A DNA stretch of 64,000 nucleotides. It comes from Spirochaetota bacterium (GTDB lineage Bacteria > Spirochaetota > UBA6919 > CBDBPB01). The notes under the pieces are model-generated. The model searched no databases. It saw nothing but the letters and a program-made list of their open reading frames with translations, and was not told the DNA's origin. The position numbers and the translations under genes are program-made. This document shows, piece after piece, positions 39,858 to 50,396 of this stretch. The stretch is taken from the NCBI GenBank assembly GCA_965208615.1, contig CBDBPB010000006.1, forward strand, positions 220,854-284,853. The letters are read 5' to 3'. Position 1 is the first letter of the stretch; each line of letters starts with the position of its first letter.

Positions 39858-40187
39858 CTAAGGAGCTTTCCATAGTTTTAATGCTCCTTGAATATCCTTT
39901 TCTGGAATCTTAAAGTTCATTTGCATCCTTTTTAGATGATTAGTCCATTGGTCTTTACTATAGTTTTTAGGATTAGGAAGAGGATGACATTGCCCACATA
40001 CAGCTTTATACCTAGCTTTATCCATAGTAACTGCTTTTGTATTAGCTTTTGTATTAGCTTTTGTATTAGCTTTTGTATTAGCTTTTGTATTATTAGCCTT
40101 TGTACTATTAGCCTTCTTAGGCTCACTACAATAACTTAATAAAATTACTAAGCTTATACTTAAAAGTATAAGAAGTGTTTTATACAT
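39858..40187 (-). CDS. Lipoprotein monohaem cytochrome c with repeat linker
   Basis: ATG 40187 with GGAG RBS; signal peptide ending LLSYC; (KANT)n linker; CGQCH; W......M distal ligand pattern. Confidence 0.82.
   Translation of the reverse strand: MYKTLLILLSISLVILLSYCSEPKKANSTKANNTKANTKANTKANTKANTKAVTMDKARYKAVCGQCHPLPNPKNYSKDQWTNHLKRMQMNFKIPEKDIQGALKLWKAP
40033..40115. repeat. 12-bp tandem repeat GCTTTTGTATTA x5 plus degenerate 15-bp units
   Basis: Exact copies at 40033, 40045, 40057, 40069 and 40081; encodes KANT on the minus strand. Confidence 0.95.
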
Positions 40188-40444
40188 AAGAAATCTCCAA
40201 TATTTATTATTATCTAAACACATTAAGGACTAATATTTGTCAAAAAACATTCTAATAGCCAAAAAGTAAACAAATGTAAATATAATATATTTAAATAAAA
40301 TGAATAAAAATAATTTAGCATATTAAACTCCTATAATATTTAATAACTCTCAAAATTAATATATTTATAAAACACGCTCTATATTATAAATAGATTTTTT
40401 CTTATATACTGAAGTATAAGTTTATATTTTTATAGATTGACTAT

Positions 40445-40473
40445 TTGAAATATTATATTATATTTATTATAAT
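40445..40473 (+). promoter_or_regulatory. Sigma70-type promoter of the radical SAM gene
   Basis: TTGAAA-N17-TATAAT. Confidence 0.55.
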
Positions 40474-40601
40474 GTGTTAGAATAATTTTTTTTGCTTTAT
40501 AATACGCTGAGCTATAAAACATTATAAATATTGCTTAGTTTTTAGATAGTGCTTCCGTATTCTTAATACTTGTGTACAATAAAATACAATTTTGGGTGAT
40601 T

Positions 40602-42197
40602 ATGAAAATATTACTTATTAATCCTAAATTCCCCCCTAGTTATTGGGGTCAGGAATATACTAAGTCAATTACTGGGTTTAACTATGTTTTTCCTCCCCTT
40701 GGTCTTGCTACAGTTGCAGCTTTGAGCAAAGGGCATCATGTAGAGATTATAGATGAAAATATAGAGGTAATAGACTTTGACTATGCAAAACAATTTGATG
40801 TAATCGGTATAACTGGTTATATGATCCAATCTAATAGAGAGTTTGAAATATGCGATACTCTAAAAGAAATAGGTTGTTTTGTTGTAATTGGTGGTCCAAA
40901 CGCCTATCTTATTCAAGAAGAGTGTGAAAAACATTGTGATGTTATAATTAAAGGTGAGGCTGAAAAGATTTGGCCTCAATTTCTTAAAGATTTTGAAAAT
41001 AATAGTTATAAAGAAATCTATGAAGATGAAGATAAAATTATAATGAATCACTCCCCTATTCCGAGATTTGATCTTTTAAAACTAAAACAGTATACTGCTG
41101 GGATTATACAGACTACAAGAGGGTGTCCTCATACTTGTGATTTTTGCGATATAATAGTGATTTATGGTCGTAAGGTAAGACTAAAACCAGTATCACAAAT
41201 TATAGAAGAAATAGATATTCTTTATAAGATGGGTAAGACAAGCATTTTTGTAGCAGATGACAATTTTGTTGGTAATAGACGTCATGCTAAAGAAGTTCTT
41301 AGGGCTATTAAAAAGTTTAATCATAAAATAGGTAATAAGTTATCCTTTTATACCCAAGTTAGTATGCAACTTGCAAAGGATGATACCCTGCTTAAACTAA
41401 TGCATGAATGCCGCTTTGAAAAGGTTTTTATAGGTATAGAGACCCCGCGAAAGTCAAGCTTAAATGAGGCTAATAAAGGCTATAATGCTAAGGTGAACTT
41501 ACTGGACGACATAAGACATATCCAATCATATAATATACTTATAATGGCTGGTATGATAGTAGGTTTTGACAATGATGATGATGCCATTTTTCAGGAGCAA
41601 GTTGATTTCCTTCAAAGTGCAGGAATACCTTATGCAATGGTAGGAACTCTTCAAGCTATACCACATACCCCTTTATACCATAGACTAGAAAAAGAAAAAA
41701 GACTTGTTAACATTAGTTCAGGGAATAATTTTGCTACAACAAATATTATTCCAAAGCTTATGAATGTAAAACAGTTAGTTGAAGGATATATCTGGCTTAG
41801 CGATCATTTATATTCGGCTGAACAGTTTACCAAAAGAGTTTTAAAAAATATATCTTATTTTAAGAAAAAAACTATTCCTGTAAAACTTACTATCAGATTT
41901 AATGATCTGAAGATTTTAGCTAGAACTATCATCTACAGCTTTTTTCATTGGAATCATTTAAAGAACTTTATTAAAATGACTACCGCCATTATTAAAAAGT
42001 CACCAACACACTTATCTCAAGTTATTGCTATGTATTTAGGTTTTATACATATGTCTCGCTATATAAAAAAACATAAGCCAACTAAAACTGATATAGATAA
42101 TTTAGTTAGCAAGGTTAAAAATAAGTTATCTAAAATAGAGGATAGAGGTATAACAGTTAGTGTAAAGGATGCTGAAAAAGCTTATTATAAGCAGTAA
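40602..42197 (+). CDS. Cobalamin-binding radical SAM protein (DUF4070-like C-terminus)
   Basis: PPLGLATVAAL B12-binding N-terminus, GGP, GEAE, RGCPHTCDFC, DDNF, FIGIET, IVGFDND. Confidence 0.9.
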   Translation: MKILLINPKFPPSYWGQEYTKSITGFNYVFPPLGLATVAALSKGHHVEIIDENIEVIDFDYAKQFDVIGITGYMIQSNREFEICDTLKEIGCFVVIGGPNAYLIQEECEKHCDVIIKGEAEKIWPQFLKDFENNSYKEIYEDEDKIIMNHSPIPRFDLLKLKQYTAGIIQTTRGCPHTCDFCDIIVIYGRKVRLKPVSQIIEEIDILYKMGKTSIFVADDNFVGNRRHAKEVLRAIKKFNHKIGNKLSFYTQVSMQLAKDDTLLKLMHECRFEKVFIGIETPRKSSLNEANKGYNAKVNLLDDIRHIQSYNILIMAGMIVGFDNDDDAIFQEQVDFLQSAGIPYAMVGTLQAIPHTPLYHRLEKEKRLVNISSGNNFATTNIIPKLMNVKQLVEGYIWLSDHLYSAEQFTKRVLKNISYFKKKTIPVKLTIRFNDLKILARTIIYSFFHWNHLKNFIKMTTAIIKKSPTHLSQVIAMYLGFIHMSRYIKKHKPTKTDIDNLVSKVKNKLSKIEDRGITVSVKDAEKAYYKQ

Positions 42198-42402
42198 ATT
42201 ATTTTTATATGTATTAGCCTTATGTATTAAGGCCTTAGTATGGTTATTTTGTTAAAAACAAATGCAATATAATAATACTCTTGTTCTTTTAATTTTAAAT
42301 ATAGTAATAAATCCTTCATAAAAATTGTAAATATATTTATAGATTACTATAATGTATTGCTATTGACAGCAGGTTATATACTGTTAACTATTGGAGAATA
42401 AC

Positions 42403-43698
42403 ATGAGTAAAGATACTGTTAGTATTACTGATAATCGTAGTGGAAAAACTTTTGAGTTGCCAATTATAAAAAGTACTCTTGGTGCAGATGTAATAGATAT
42501 TAAAACTCTGAATAAAGAATTGGGGTATTTTACTTTTGATCCTGGGTTTACAAGTACTGCTAGTTGTAAGAGTAAGATTACATTTATTGATGGTGAAAAA
42601 GGAATACTACTTTATAGAGGCTATGCTATAGAACAGCTAGCCGAAAAAAGTAACTTTTTAGAAGTTGCTTACTTAATGTTATATGGAACTCTTCCTAATG
42701 AGAGCGAGTATAAAAAATTTAAACATAATATTACTCACCATAGCATGATAAATGAGAGTATTAAAAATTTTTATAATGGCTTTAGGACTGATGCTCATCC
42801 TATGGCTATTATGGTAGGTGTTGTAGGAGCATTATCTTCATTTTATCATGATTCTCTTAACATATATGATGAAAAGAGTCGTGAAATATCTGCTCATAGG
42901 CTTATAGCCAAAATACCTACTATTGCAGCATGTTCTTACAAGTATTATATGGGACAACCTTTTATGTACCCTAAAAATGATTTAGGATATGCTGAGAATT
43001 TCTTACAAATGATGTTTTCTGTTCCACCTGAGCCTTATAAGATTAACTCAATAGTAGCTGATGCATTAGATAAGATATTCATTCTTCATGCTGATCACGA
43101 ACAAAACGCGAGTACATCAACTGTACGCCTTGCTGGAAGCTCTCAGGCTAATCCATTTGCTTGTATTTCATCGGGGATTACTGCATTATGGGGACCTGCC
43201 CATGGTGGTGCTAATGAAGCTGTATTGAAAATGTTAGCTGAAATTGGTGATACTAAAAATATCCCTAACTTAATTGAGAGAACTAAAAATAAAAAAGATC
43301 CCTTTAGGCTTATGGGTTTTGGACATAGAGTATATAAAAATTATGATCCTCGAGCAAAAATCTTAAAAAAAAGTTGTGATAAGGTTCTTAGTCAGCTAAA
43401 CATTGATGATCCCATGTTTGAAATCGCTATGAAGCTTGAAGAAATTGCTTTAAATGATGACTATTTTATTGAAAAAAAGTTGTACCCTAATGTTGATTTT
43501 TATTCTGGTATTATACAAAAGGCTATTGGAATACCAATTAATATGTTTACGGTAATATTTGCGTTAGCAAGAACAGTAGGGTGGATAGCTCAATGGAAAG
43601 AAATGGTTGAGGATCAGCCTATTAAAATTGGAAGACCAAGGCAACTTTATTGTGGAGAAAAAACTAAAGATTATATTCCTATTAAAGAAAGAAAGTAA
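42403..43698 (+). CDS. gltA: Citrate synthase (type II, proteobacterial-like)
   Basis: [60 protein letters not shown]; ATG 42403 with GGAG RBS. Confidence 0.97.
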   Translation: MSKDTVSITDNRSGKTFELPIIKSTLGADVIDIKTLNKELGYFTFDPGFTSTASCKSKITFIDGEKGILLYRGYAIEQLAEKSNFLEVAYLMLYGTLPNESEYKKFKHNITHHSMINESIKNFYNGFRTDAHPMAIMVGVVGALSSFYHDSLNIYDEKSREISAHRLIAKIPTIAACSYKYYMGQPFMYPKNDLGYAENFLQMMFSVPPEPYKINSIVADALDKIFILHADHEQNASTSTVRLAGSSQANPFACISSGITALWGPAHGGANEAVLKMLAEIGDTKNIPNLIERTKNKKDPFRLMGFGHRVYKNYDPRAKILKKSCDKVLSQLNIDDPMFEIAMKLEEIALNDDYFIEKKLYPNVDFYSGIIQKAIGIPINMFTVIFALARTVGWIAQWKEMVEDQPIKIGRPRQLYCGEKTKDYIPIKERK

Positions 43699-43980
43699 TT
43701 ATTACTAAACCTCTCTTATCTATCTGTTAAAAAGTATTTAAAATAAGTTACTAGTTGTTATTAATCGATATTATACTAATATAATATTTAAGAAATGCTC
43801 TTAGGGTGTTTATTATTATAGAGTTAGTTATAGGTTAATAAATACACTAGTGCATAATACAGCGAATTCTACCTCTAATTGTTATAAGCAATTTACTTAA
43901 CTAACTTATCATAATTTTCATAAAAAAGTTATTTTTAACCTATAAACTGAATAAGTTATAGTATAACATAAGAGAGCAGA

Positions 43981-45555
43981 TTGAACCAGAAAGATTATAA
44001 TATTAAAAAACAAACAAGCGAAAAGAACTCCATAATAGATGAAATCATATTATTATTCCAAAACATTTTTTTAGGTAAAGAGAATGGTGACTTTGAAACA
44101 AGACGTTTTCTTAAAAGGGTCAAGCGAAGGTTAAACTCTTTACCAATAAAAGTATTTGATCCTAAAAATGAAGTTATTTTAGCAAAGTTTCCAGAAATCC
44201 TTTTTGAAATATATCGCTATACAAAGCCGCTAAAAGAAATTATTAACATTAATAAAACCAATCAAATAAGATTAAAGGTTCAAAACTTTTTTGTAGAGAG
44301 TCAGCTAACAGAGTTTCAAACTAATTTACTTAAATCTTTTGAAAAAGACAATATGTCTGATATACTTGCAAAAAAGGGAACTGAAGGACTTGATAATTTT
44401 ATAATGACTTCTTTTAAAGAATTTCAAAAATCTTTTGATAGTGAATTGGTTAATAGAATTAATGATAGCTATACTGTTTTAAACAGCTTAAACGAAATTA
44501 TTCACTTAGATATTTATCCAATTCTTAAGAAGTTTTCTCCAGAAATGAGAGAAGATAGCATTTCAAAAATTCCTTATTTTAGAGAAGTCAATGGCAAACA
44601 TATATTAACTGGATTATTAGATTTATCGGAGGTAATTTATTCGGTTAATACAAATGCAGATTTCTTACACAGCATAAACTTGTTTGAACAGTTAAGACAA
44701 GCTAAGTTAACAAATAAAAAAGAGCTTAATATAGTTATTAATAGGATAGCTAAGTTAGTTAAGAATGATTATGTTCCTTTGATGATTAGCTATCTACAAA
44801 AGGATCCATACTTTAAGCCAGCCTCTAGTCCCAAGACTATTAATCTTATTCAAATATATAACAAAAACATAATAGCCTTATTGAAAGATAGAAGAAATGA
44901 GGTAATACAATCTGATAAGTCATCAAAGGTTCAAGAGATAGTTAAATCTTTATTTAATACAACAGATGTTAAGACTCTAAAGAATTATGTAGAAGTAAGC
45001 AAAGAACAATTTAAAGCCGCTAAAACTGACCATTATATATATGCCTTAGCTCTTAATTATCTAAAACATTTTATTATGGAGAAATACAACCACTATATAT
45101 ATGAAAATGTTAATAAAATCTTGGTTAGTGGTGAATTTAGTGATCAACAGTCAAATACGAAGCTTCTTGAAAGTTTTTATAAAATTACAGAGCTTATGAA
45201 AGATATACTTAAGCTGGACAATTCTATAGGAGAAAGTACTAAAATTGGAATGAAAATAAAATCTCTTCTTAGGCTGGCAGTACAGGATCCAATAAACAGA
45301 AAAGTACTTTCGGGCTATATAGACAATCTAAATGGTGAAGCCAAAAGAATTATAACTACGGGCATAACTAACCTAACTCAGATTGGAAGTATATTAAAGT
45401 TGATAATAGAGGATCATAAGACTAATAGTAAAAAAGTACTTATTAATGTTAGGGAGATAGATGGCTTAGAAAATAAAATATTAATTAATGATATTATAAA
45501 AGCTTTTAATGACATATCCAAAATATTACTTGTGATAAAATCCCTTATGCCTTAG
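43981..45555 (+). CDS. Large helical hypothetical protein, DUF5312-like (spirochaete-associated)
   Basis: 524 aa, predicted mostly helical; resembles DUF5312 proteins from memory, unverified. Confidence 0.65.
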   Translation: MNQKDYNIKKQTSEKNSIIDEIILLFQNIFLGKENGDFETRRFLKRVKRRLNSLPIKVFDPKNEVILAKFPEILFEIYRYTKPLKEIININKTNQIRLKVQNFFVESQLTEFQTNLLKSFEKDNMSDILAKKGTEGLDNFIMTSFKEFQKSFDSELVNRINDSYTVLNSLNEIIHLDIYPILKKFSPEMREDSISKIPYFREVNGKHILTGLLDLSEVIYSVNTNADFLHSINLFEQLRQAKLTNKKELNIVINRIAKLVKNDYVPLMISYLQKDPYFKPASSPKTINLIQIYNKNIIALLKDRRNEVIQSDKSSKVQEIVKSLFNTTDVKTLKNYVEVSKEQFKAAKTDHYIYALALNYLKHFIMEKYNHYIYENVNKILVSGEFSDQQSNTKLLESFYKITELMKDILKLDNSIGESTKIGMKIKSLLRLAVQDPINRKVLSGYIDNLNGEAKRIITTGITNLTQIGSILKLIIEDHKTNSKKVLINVREIDGLENKILINDIIKAFNDISKILLVIKSLMP

Positions 45556-45841
45556 TTATTATATATAGTTATATAGGATTTTAGTATGTTATTGTAAAAA
45601 GGCTCTAGGCTTGTCACATTTTATATATATCAACAATTCTATTATTTTTAATTCACGTAGAAATCTACACATAAAGTCAATATAGAACATTCTAATAATC
45701 TCACCTATACCTTTATGAAAAGGCAAATCCGTTAACACTTAATAAAGTCTATAATTCTTAGTCTCAATAAACGTTATTTTTACTATATGTGCCTGTACAA
45801 GTTACATTAAAATAAACTTTATACCCTGATATTAAAAACTT

Positions 45842-45871
45842 AAAACTTCTAAAGAGTCTTAGAAGGCTTTT
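45842..45871. terminator. Probable bidirectional intrinsic terminator between convergent genes
   Basis: CTTCTAA-AGAGTC-TTAGAAG flanked by A and T tracts. Confidence 0.45.
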
Positions 45872-45908
45872 ATAATAATAGAGCTTTTAAAATCATAATG
45901 TTACATAA

Positions 45909-46925
45909 TTATGAATATATAATATCAGTAGGATTTCCATATAAAGTAAAATAAGACCACTTATAGTCGCCTTTAGAAAAATTATCACTTTTCGCAATAA
46001 CTAAACTCTCCCCAACTGATCTACCAGAAAATAACTCGTTATAAAAAAGTAATATAAATGAAATATATGATTCGTCAATAATATTCCAACTAGATGCTAT
46101 AATATTACCTACACCTAATCTTAAAAGCTTCTTTATTAAAGAACTATGAGATACATAACTTATCTTACTCGTTAAACAAGCATTAATAAAAATAAAATTA
46201 GGGGGGTTGCTTAAAGAAGTAATATCTAGCTCAGTAAAAAGTAGTTTATCCCCTATAAGTAAACCACTCCCTTTATCATTAGTAAATTCTCCCTGTCCAG
46301 CAAAATGTATTAAAGTATAACTCTCGAAAATGTCCATAATCTCAATCTTAGTTAATTCCTTACTCAAAAAATCAACCCTGTTAAAAAAAGAAGAATTTTG
46401 CTTGTTTAACCAATCATAAACTGCTATACCTTCATCATAACACATCCTAGAACAACTGGTAGGATCTGCAATTATAATTGCCGATTCCTTTACCTTTTTA
46501 CTACCCTCACTAAATTTATGATATGTCTTATTTGGAATACTCCTGCCACTAGGCCTTGAAAGTCCAAGAAATTTAGCTCCATTATAAGCTAACTCTATAG
46601 GAATGTTTTCTATCTCCCCCTTAAAAAATAAGGTAAGAAAAGTATTATTCTCAAAAATAGAGTCCATTCCTTCTAATAATTTGCCCTTGCTAGAATCAAA
46701 AAAAATCAGTTTATAAATATTAACGCCAAGATTAATAAGACTATCTGAAAAACTTTCTTTAGAATATCCAACACTATCAATAACTTTTATTATCTCATCA
46801 AAAAGAGACGAGTTTAAAAATATTGAATGACTAATAATATTAGCTCTTGGATAAAATTGTATTAACTTGATTGTAAGCCTATTAGGTGGTTCAAAAGATA
46901 GTTCTAATATATCTTGAGAAATCAT
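45909..46925 (-). CDS. Stand-alone CHAT (caspase-like) domain protein with degenerate catalytic His
   Basis: IPIEL, IIADP, LIHFAGQG (canonical HFAGHG), FINAC, W.I.D, FY..L..G.SVGESL, W..F.LYGNP. Confidence 0.82.
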   Translation of the reverse strand: MISQDILELSFEPPNRLTIKLIQFYPRANIISHSIFLNSSLFDEIIKVIDSVGYSKESFSDSLINLGVNIYKLIFFDSSKGKLLEGMDSIFENNTFLTLFFKGEIENIPIELAYNGAKFLGLSRPSGRSIPNKTYHKFSEGSKKVKESAIIIADPTSCSRMCYDEGIAVYDWLNKQNSSFFNRVDFLSKELTKIEIMDIFESYTLIHFAGQGEFTNDKGSGLLIGDKLLFTELDITSLSNPPNFIFINACLTSKISYVSHSSLIKKLLRLGVGNIIASSWNIIDESYISFILLFYNELFSGRSVGESLVIAKSDNFSKGDYKWSYFTLYGNPTDIIYS

Positions 46926-46996
46926 AATTCTACATTAAGCTAAGAAATTGCTTCTTAAAAAGAAGTTTTCTTATTTATAAAATTTAATAGCATTAA

Positions 46997-48406
46997 TCAG
47001 CTTACCTTTTCTGTAGCTGGATATAATAAGTATCCCTTCTTAGTCAACTTTTTATATGTTTTATCAATTTTATTAACACCAATATCTATTTCGTCATATA
47101 CAGCTTCAATATCTTTAATCAGTAACTTAGATACAGAGTGTATTTCGTTCATAGCAATAATAACCTCTCTAGTTTGAAAAAACTCATCTCTACTCGCTTT
47201 AATAATCCGCTGAGTAATAGATTTAAGCTGATTAACTGCAGTAATAATTTCTCTCCCTTGGAGTACATTATTTTTAGAAATATTATATATTTCATAATTT
47301 AATGCATTAGTTCCCTCAATGTTTTCCAGCATGTTCTTAAATATAACTTTAGTATTATCAACTAAGGTAACAGCATTTTGAATCTTATTCAATACCAGCT
47401 TTATACCCTTCTTAACCTCTGAACTAGCCATACTAGTGTTCATGGATAACTTTCGTACCTCACTAGCTACTATAGCAAATCCTTTTCCTTTCACACCAGC
47501 ATGAGCGGCCTCTATAGCCGCATTCATAGCCAAAAGACTGGTCTTCTCCGATATATTATTTATAGTAACAATAAACTCCTCCATCGTAAGAGAACTTTTA
47601 GATATCTCTTCAATAGAGGATGCCATAAGATCTAAAGCGCTAGATCCTTCTTTAGCGTTATCACTCAATGTATTAGCAAACTGGCTGGCTTCTTTAGTTA
47701 TACTATCAACCTTTTTCATAGATATAGTAGTAACATCAAAAGCTTCAAATGTTAAGGTGAGAGTAGCAGCCTGGTTTCTCATTTCAGAAATAGTCTTTTC
47801 TATGCTTTTGTCAAGAAGGAACATAGCCTCTAAAGCTTTTATAAAAAGATTAGAACCGCTACTTTTGTCTTTGTTAGTACCCAGCTTATTACTTGAACTT
47901 ATTGTTTTTTCAACAAAATTAATAATATTTATAAGCTGTTTAGTTAGCGTATCAATTAAAGCTTTATTCTGGTCTACAATAGCTGTTAGCTCTAAAAGCT
48001 TTTTATTATACTCAGCCTTTAGGTCATTAATATTAGCCAGTGACTCATTAAACTTATTATACTCTTTAGTATGCTCTTCATAAATATAATTATAAAAAAG
48101 ATTCTTAACTATCCTATTATTATAAAACCTTTTACCTATATCCGTTGTACTTAAAGAAAAAAAATAGTAGGATACTCCTAATATCCCCAAAAATAGTACA
48201 ACTCCTAAAAAGAAAAATGTTAGCCAACTATCTGTAATATAATAACTAATAAAATTAACTAACAAAATAATAATGGATAGAACTAAAACAAATATCGATG
48301 TGGTATATAAAAGAGACTTTCTCTTAAAAATGAAAAGAAGAGTTGAAAAAAGAAATGAAAAAGAAAATAAGGTTATTGCTATTACATATTTTTCCATAAC
48401 TATCAA
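46997..48406 (-). CDS. Methyl-accepting chemotaxis protein, atypical (3 TMs, no periplasmic sensor)
   Basis: Signalling tip ISEKTSLLAMNAAIEAAHAGVKGKGFAIVASEVRKLS; start TTG 48406 or ATG 48397. Confidence 0.88.
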   Translation of the reverse strand: MIVMEKYVIAITLFSFSFLFSTLLFIFKRKSLLYTTSIFVLVLSIIILLVNFISYYITDSWLTFFFLGVVLFLGILGVSYYFFSLSTTDIGKRFYNNRIVKNLFYNYIYEEHTKEYNKFNESLANINDLKAEYNKKLLELTAIVDQNKALIDTLTKQLINIINFVEKTISSSNKLGTNKDKSSGSNLFIKALEAMFLLDKSIEKTISEMRNQAATLTLTFEAFDVTTISMKKVDSITKEASQFANTLSDNAKEGSSALDLMASSIEEISKSSLTMEEFIVTINNISEKTSLLAMNAAIEAAHAGVKGKGFAIVASEVRKLSMNTSMASSEVKKGIKLVLNKIQNAVTLVDNTKVIFKNMLENIEGTNALNYEIYNISKNNVLQGREIITAVNQLKSITQRIIKASRDEFFQTREVIIAMNEIHSVSKLLIKDIEAVYDEIDIGVNKIDKTYKKLTKKGYLLYPATEKVS

Positions 48407-48759
48407 GAAAAAGCTTTTTTAACAGCATTTAATAAACGTTCAGGAGTAAAAGGTTTAACAATAAAATCTTTTACCCCAAGCTTAATAGCTTTACTCATAA
48501 CCTCATCTTCCCCTAATGCAGTAACCATAATAATCCTAGCATTAGGATCTTGGTCAAGAATCTTCTCGGCAGCTTCTAAACCATTCATCCCATCCATAGT
48601 TATATCCATAGTAACAAGATCAGGCTTATTGGCATCATATTTTTCAACAGCCTCTTTTCCATTTTTGGCCTCAGCTACAATATCATAACCTTGAAAACTT
48701 AACTCGTTTTTTATAATATTTCGTAGCAATAATGAATCATCAACGATTAAAATTTTCAT
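48403..48759 (-). CDS. cheY: CheY-like single-domain response regulator
   Basis: IVDDS, TMDITM..MNG, VTALG, FIVKPF. Confidence 0.85.
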   Translation of the reverse strand: MKILIVDDSLLLRNIIKNELSFQGYDIVAEAKNGKEAVEKYDANKPDLVTMDITMDGMNGLEAAEKILDQDPNARIIMVTALGEDEVMSKAIKLGVKDFIVKPFTPERLLNAVKKAFS

Positions 48760-48821
48760 CCAAATACCTCATGCACGTATACTACAAATAACACCGTTTT
48801 GTCCTTTTTTTATAATAAACT

Positions 48822-49952
48822 TTAACCTAATGTTTTTGCTATATCTGTATTTTCCCAAGTAAACTCCTTTTCCTCTCTACCAAAATGACCATATGTAGCA
48901 GTTTTTTTATAAATAGGTCTTTTTAAATTTAAACCCTCAATTATACCTTTTGGTGTCAATGGAAAAGTTTCTTTTACTAATTTTACTAGTTTTTTTTCAC
49001 TTTTCTTACCAGTGCCATATGTATTTACTAATACTGATACAGGTTCAGCAATACCTATAGAATATGCAAGTTGTACTTCACAACGATCACATAATTCTGC
49101 GGCAACTAAGTTCTTTGCAATATAACGCGCCATATATGCTGCACTACGATCCACTTTAGAGGGGTCTTTCCCAGAAAATGCACCACCTCCATGTCTACCA
49201 AAGCCTCCATAAGTATCTACAATAATTTTTCTTCCAGTAAGCCCGCAATCACCAAGTGGTCCTCCTACAACAAACCTACCAGTCGGATTAATATGAATAA
49301 TTATATCATCATTTTGTAGTGAGGTTGGGATTATAGGATTTATAACATCATTAATAATTCTATTTTTAATTTCTTCATTGCTAATTTCAGGTGTATGCTG
49401 AGTTGAAATAACCACAGTATGCACTGAGACAGGCTTATTATCTATATATTCAATAGTAACCTGAGACTTACTATCAGGTCTTAAAAAATCAATCTCACCA
49501 TTTTTTCTTAACTTTGCCATACGCTGAGTCAACTTATGAGCAAGAAGAATAGGCATAGGCATAAGCTCCTTAGACTCGTTTGAGGCATAGCCAAACATTA
49601 AACCCTGATCTCCTGCACCACCTTTATCTACTCCCATAGCAATATCAGCTGATTGTTTATCAACACAGTTTAAAACAGCACAAGTTTCCCAGTCAAAACC
49701 CATAGAACTACTATTATAACCTATATTTTTAATCGTTTCTCTAGCAATACTTTGAAAGTCTACTTTTGAATTAGTGGTTATCTCTCCAGCAATAACAACC
49801 ATCCCAGTTGTTATCATAGTTTCGCATGCAACTCGTGATTCTGGATCCTCCGTTAAAGAACAATCTAATACACTATCAGATACTTGATCTGCTATCTTAT
49901 CAGGATGACCTTCTGATACTGATTCTGATGTAAATAAAAAATCTTTTACCAT
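48822..49952 (-). CDS. metK: S-adenosylmethionine synthetase
   Basis: [40 protein letters not shown]. Confidence 0.98.
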   Translation of the reverse strand: MVKDFLFTSESVSEGHPDKIADQVSDSVLDCSLTEDPESRVACETMITTGMVVIAGEITTNSKVDFQSIARETIKNIGYNSSSMGFDWETCAVLNCVDKQSADIAMGVDKGGAGDQGLMFGYASNESKELMPMPILLAHKLTQRMAKLRKNGEIDFLRPDSKSQVTIEYIDNKPVSVHTVVISTQHTPEISNEEIKNRIINDVINPIIPTSLQNDDIIIHINPTGRFVVGGPLGDCGLTGRKIIVDTYGGFGRHGGGAFSGKDPSKVDRSAAYMARYIAKNLVAAELCDRCEVQLAYSIGIAEPVSVLVNTYGTGKKSEKKLVKLVKETFPLTPKGIIEGLNLKRPIYKKTATYGHFGREEKEFTWENTDIAKTLG

Positions 49953-49979
49953 AATAAATTACTCTCTCTTAAGTTAGTT

Positions 49980-50318
49980 TTATAAAAAGCTTTTCACTGC
50001 CTCTTCTTCGCTATCAAAAATATCAAAGAAGCCAGTAAGCTTAGTTAGCTCAAATACCTTTCTTACTGCACCATAAACATTTATAATCTTTAGTCCACCT
50101 CCAGTTTTCTTAATCTGGGATAAACTAGATATTAAAACTCCAATCCCAGAACTATCAATATAACTAACTCTATCTAAGTTAATTATAATATTTCGTCTAC
50201 CAGCATCCATTTGTCCTCTAATCTGTTTCTTAATTTCAGGAGCATTATATAAATCAATTTCTCCTGTAATATCAATAACCAGAATTTGTTTTTCTAACTC
50301 TCTAATATTAATATCCAC
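49980..50318 (-). CDS. STAS-domain anti-sigma factor antagonist
   Basis: GEIDLYNA, YIDSSGIG (phospho-Ser motif), VRKVFELTKL; GTG start with AAGGAGG RBS. Confidence 0.93.
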   Translation of the reverse strand: MDINIRELEKQILVIDITGEIDLYNAPEIKKQIRGQMDAGRRNIIINLDRVSYIDSSGIGVLISSLSQIKKTGGGLKIINVYGAVRKVFELTKLTGFFDIFDSEEEAVKSFL

Positions 50319-50369
50319 GATTCCTCCTTGATTAGAGAAATTTAATTTATTATTTATTCATACAAGTAA

Positions 50370-50396
50370 AATTAGTATAAAGACTTTATACTAATT
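50370..50396. repeat. Perfect 13-bp inverted repeat in the STAS-metK leader
   Basis: AATTAGTATAAAG-A-CTTTATACTAATT. Confidence 0.85.

Noticed and set aside
40033-40115. Short repeats as a possible CRISPR array
   Set aside because: Head-to-tail 12-bp units without spacers, in frame within a gene, and no cas genes.
45580-45700. Short minus-strand ORF (MFYIDFMCRFLRELK..., ~33 aa) in the gap between convergent genes
   Set aside because: Lies downstream of a probable terminator, has no motif, and its length is expected by chance.
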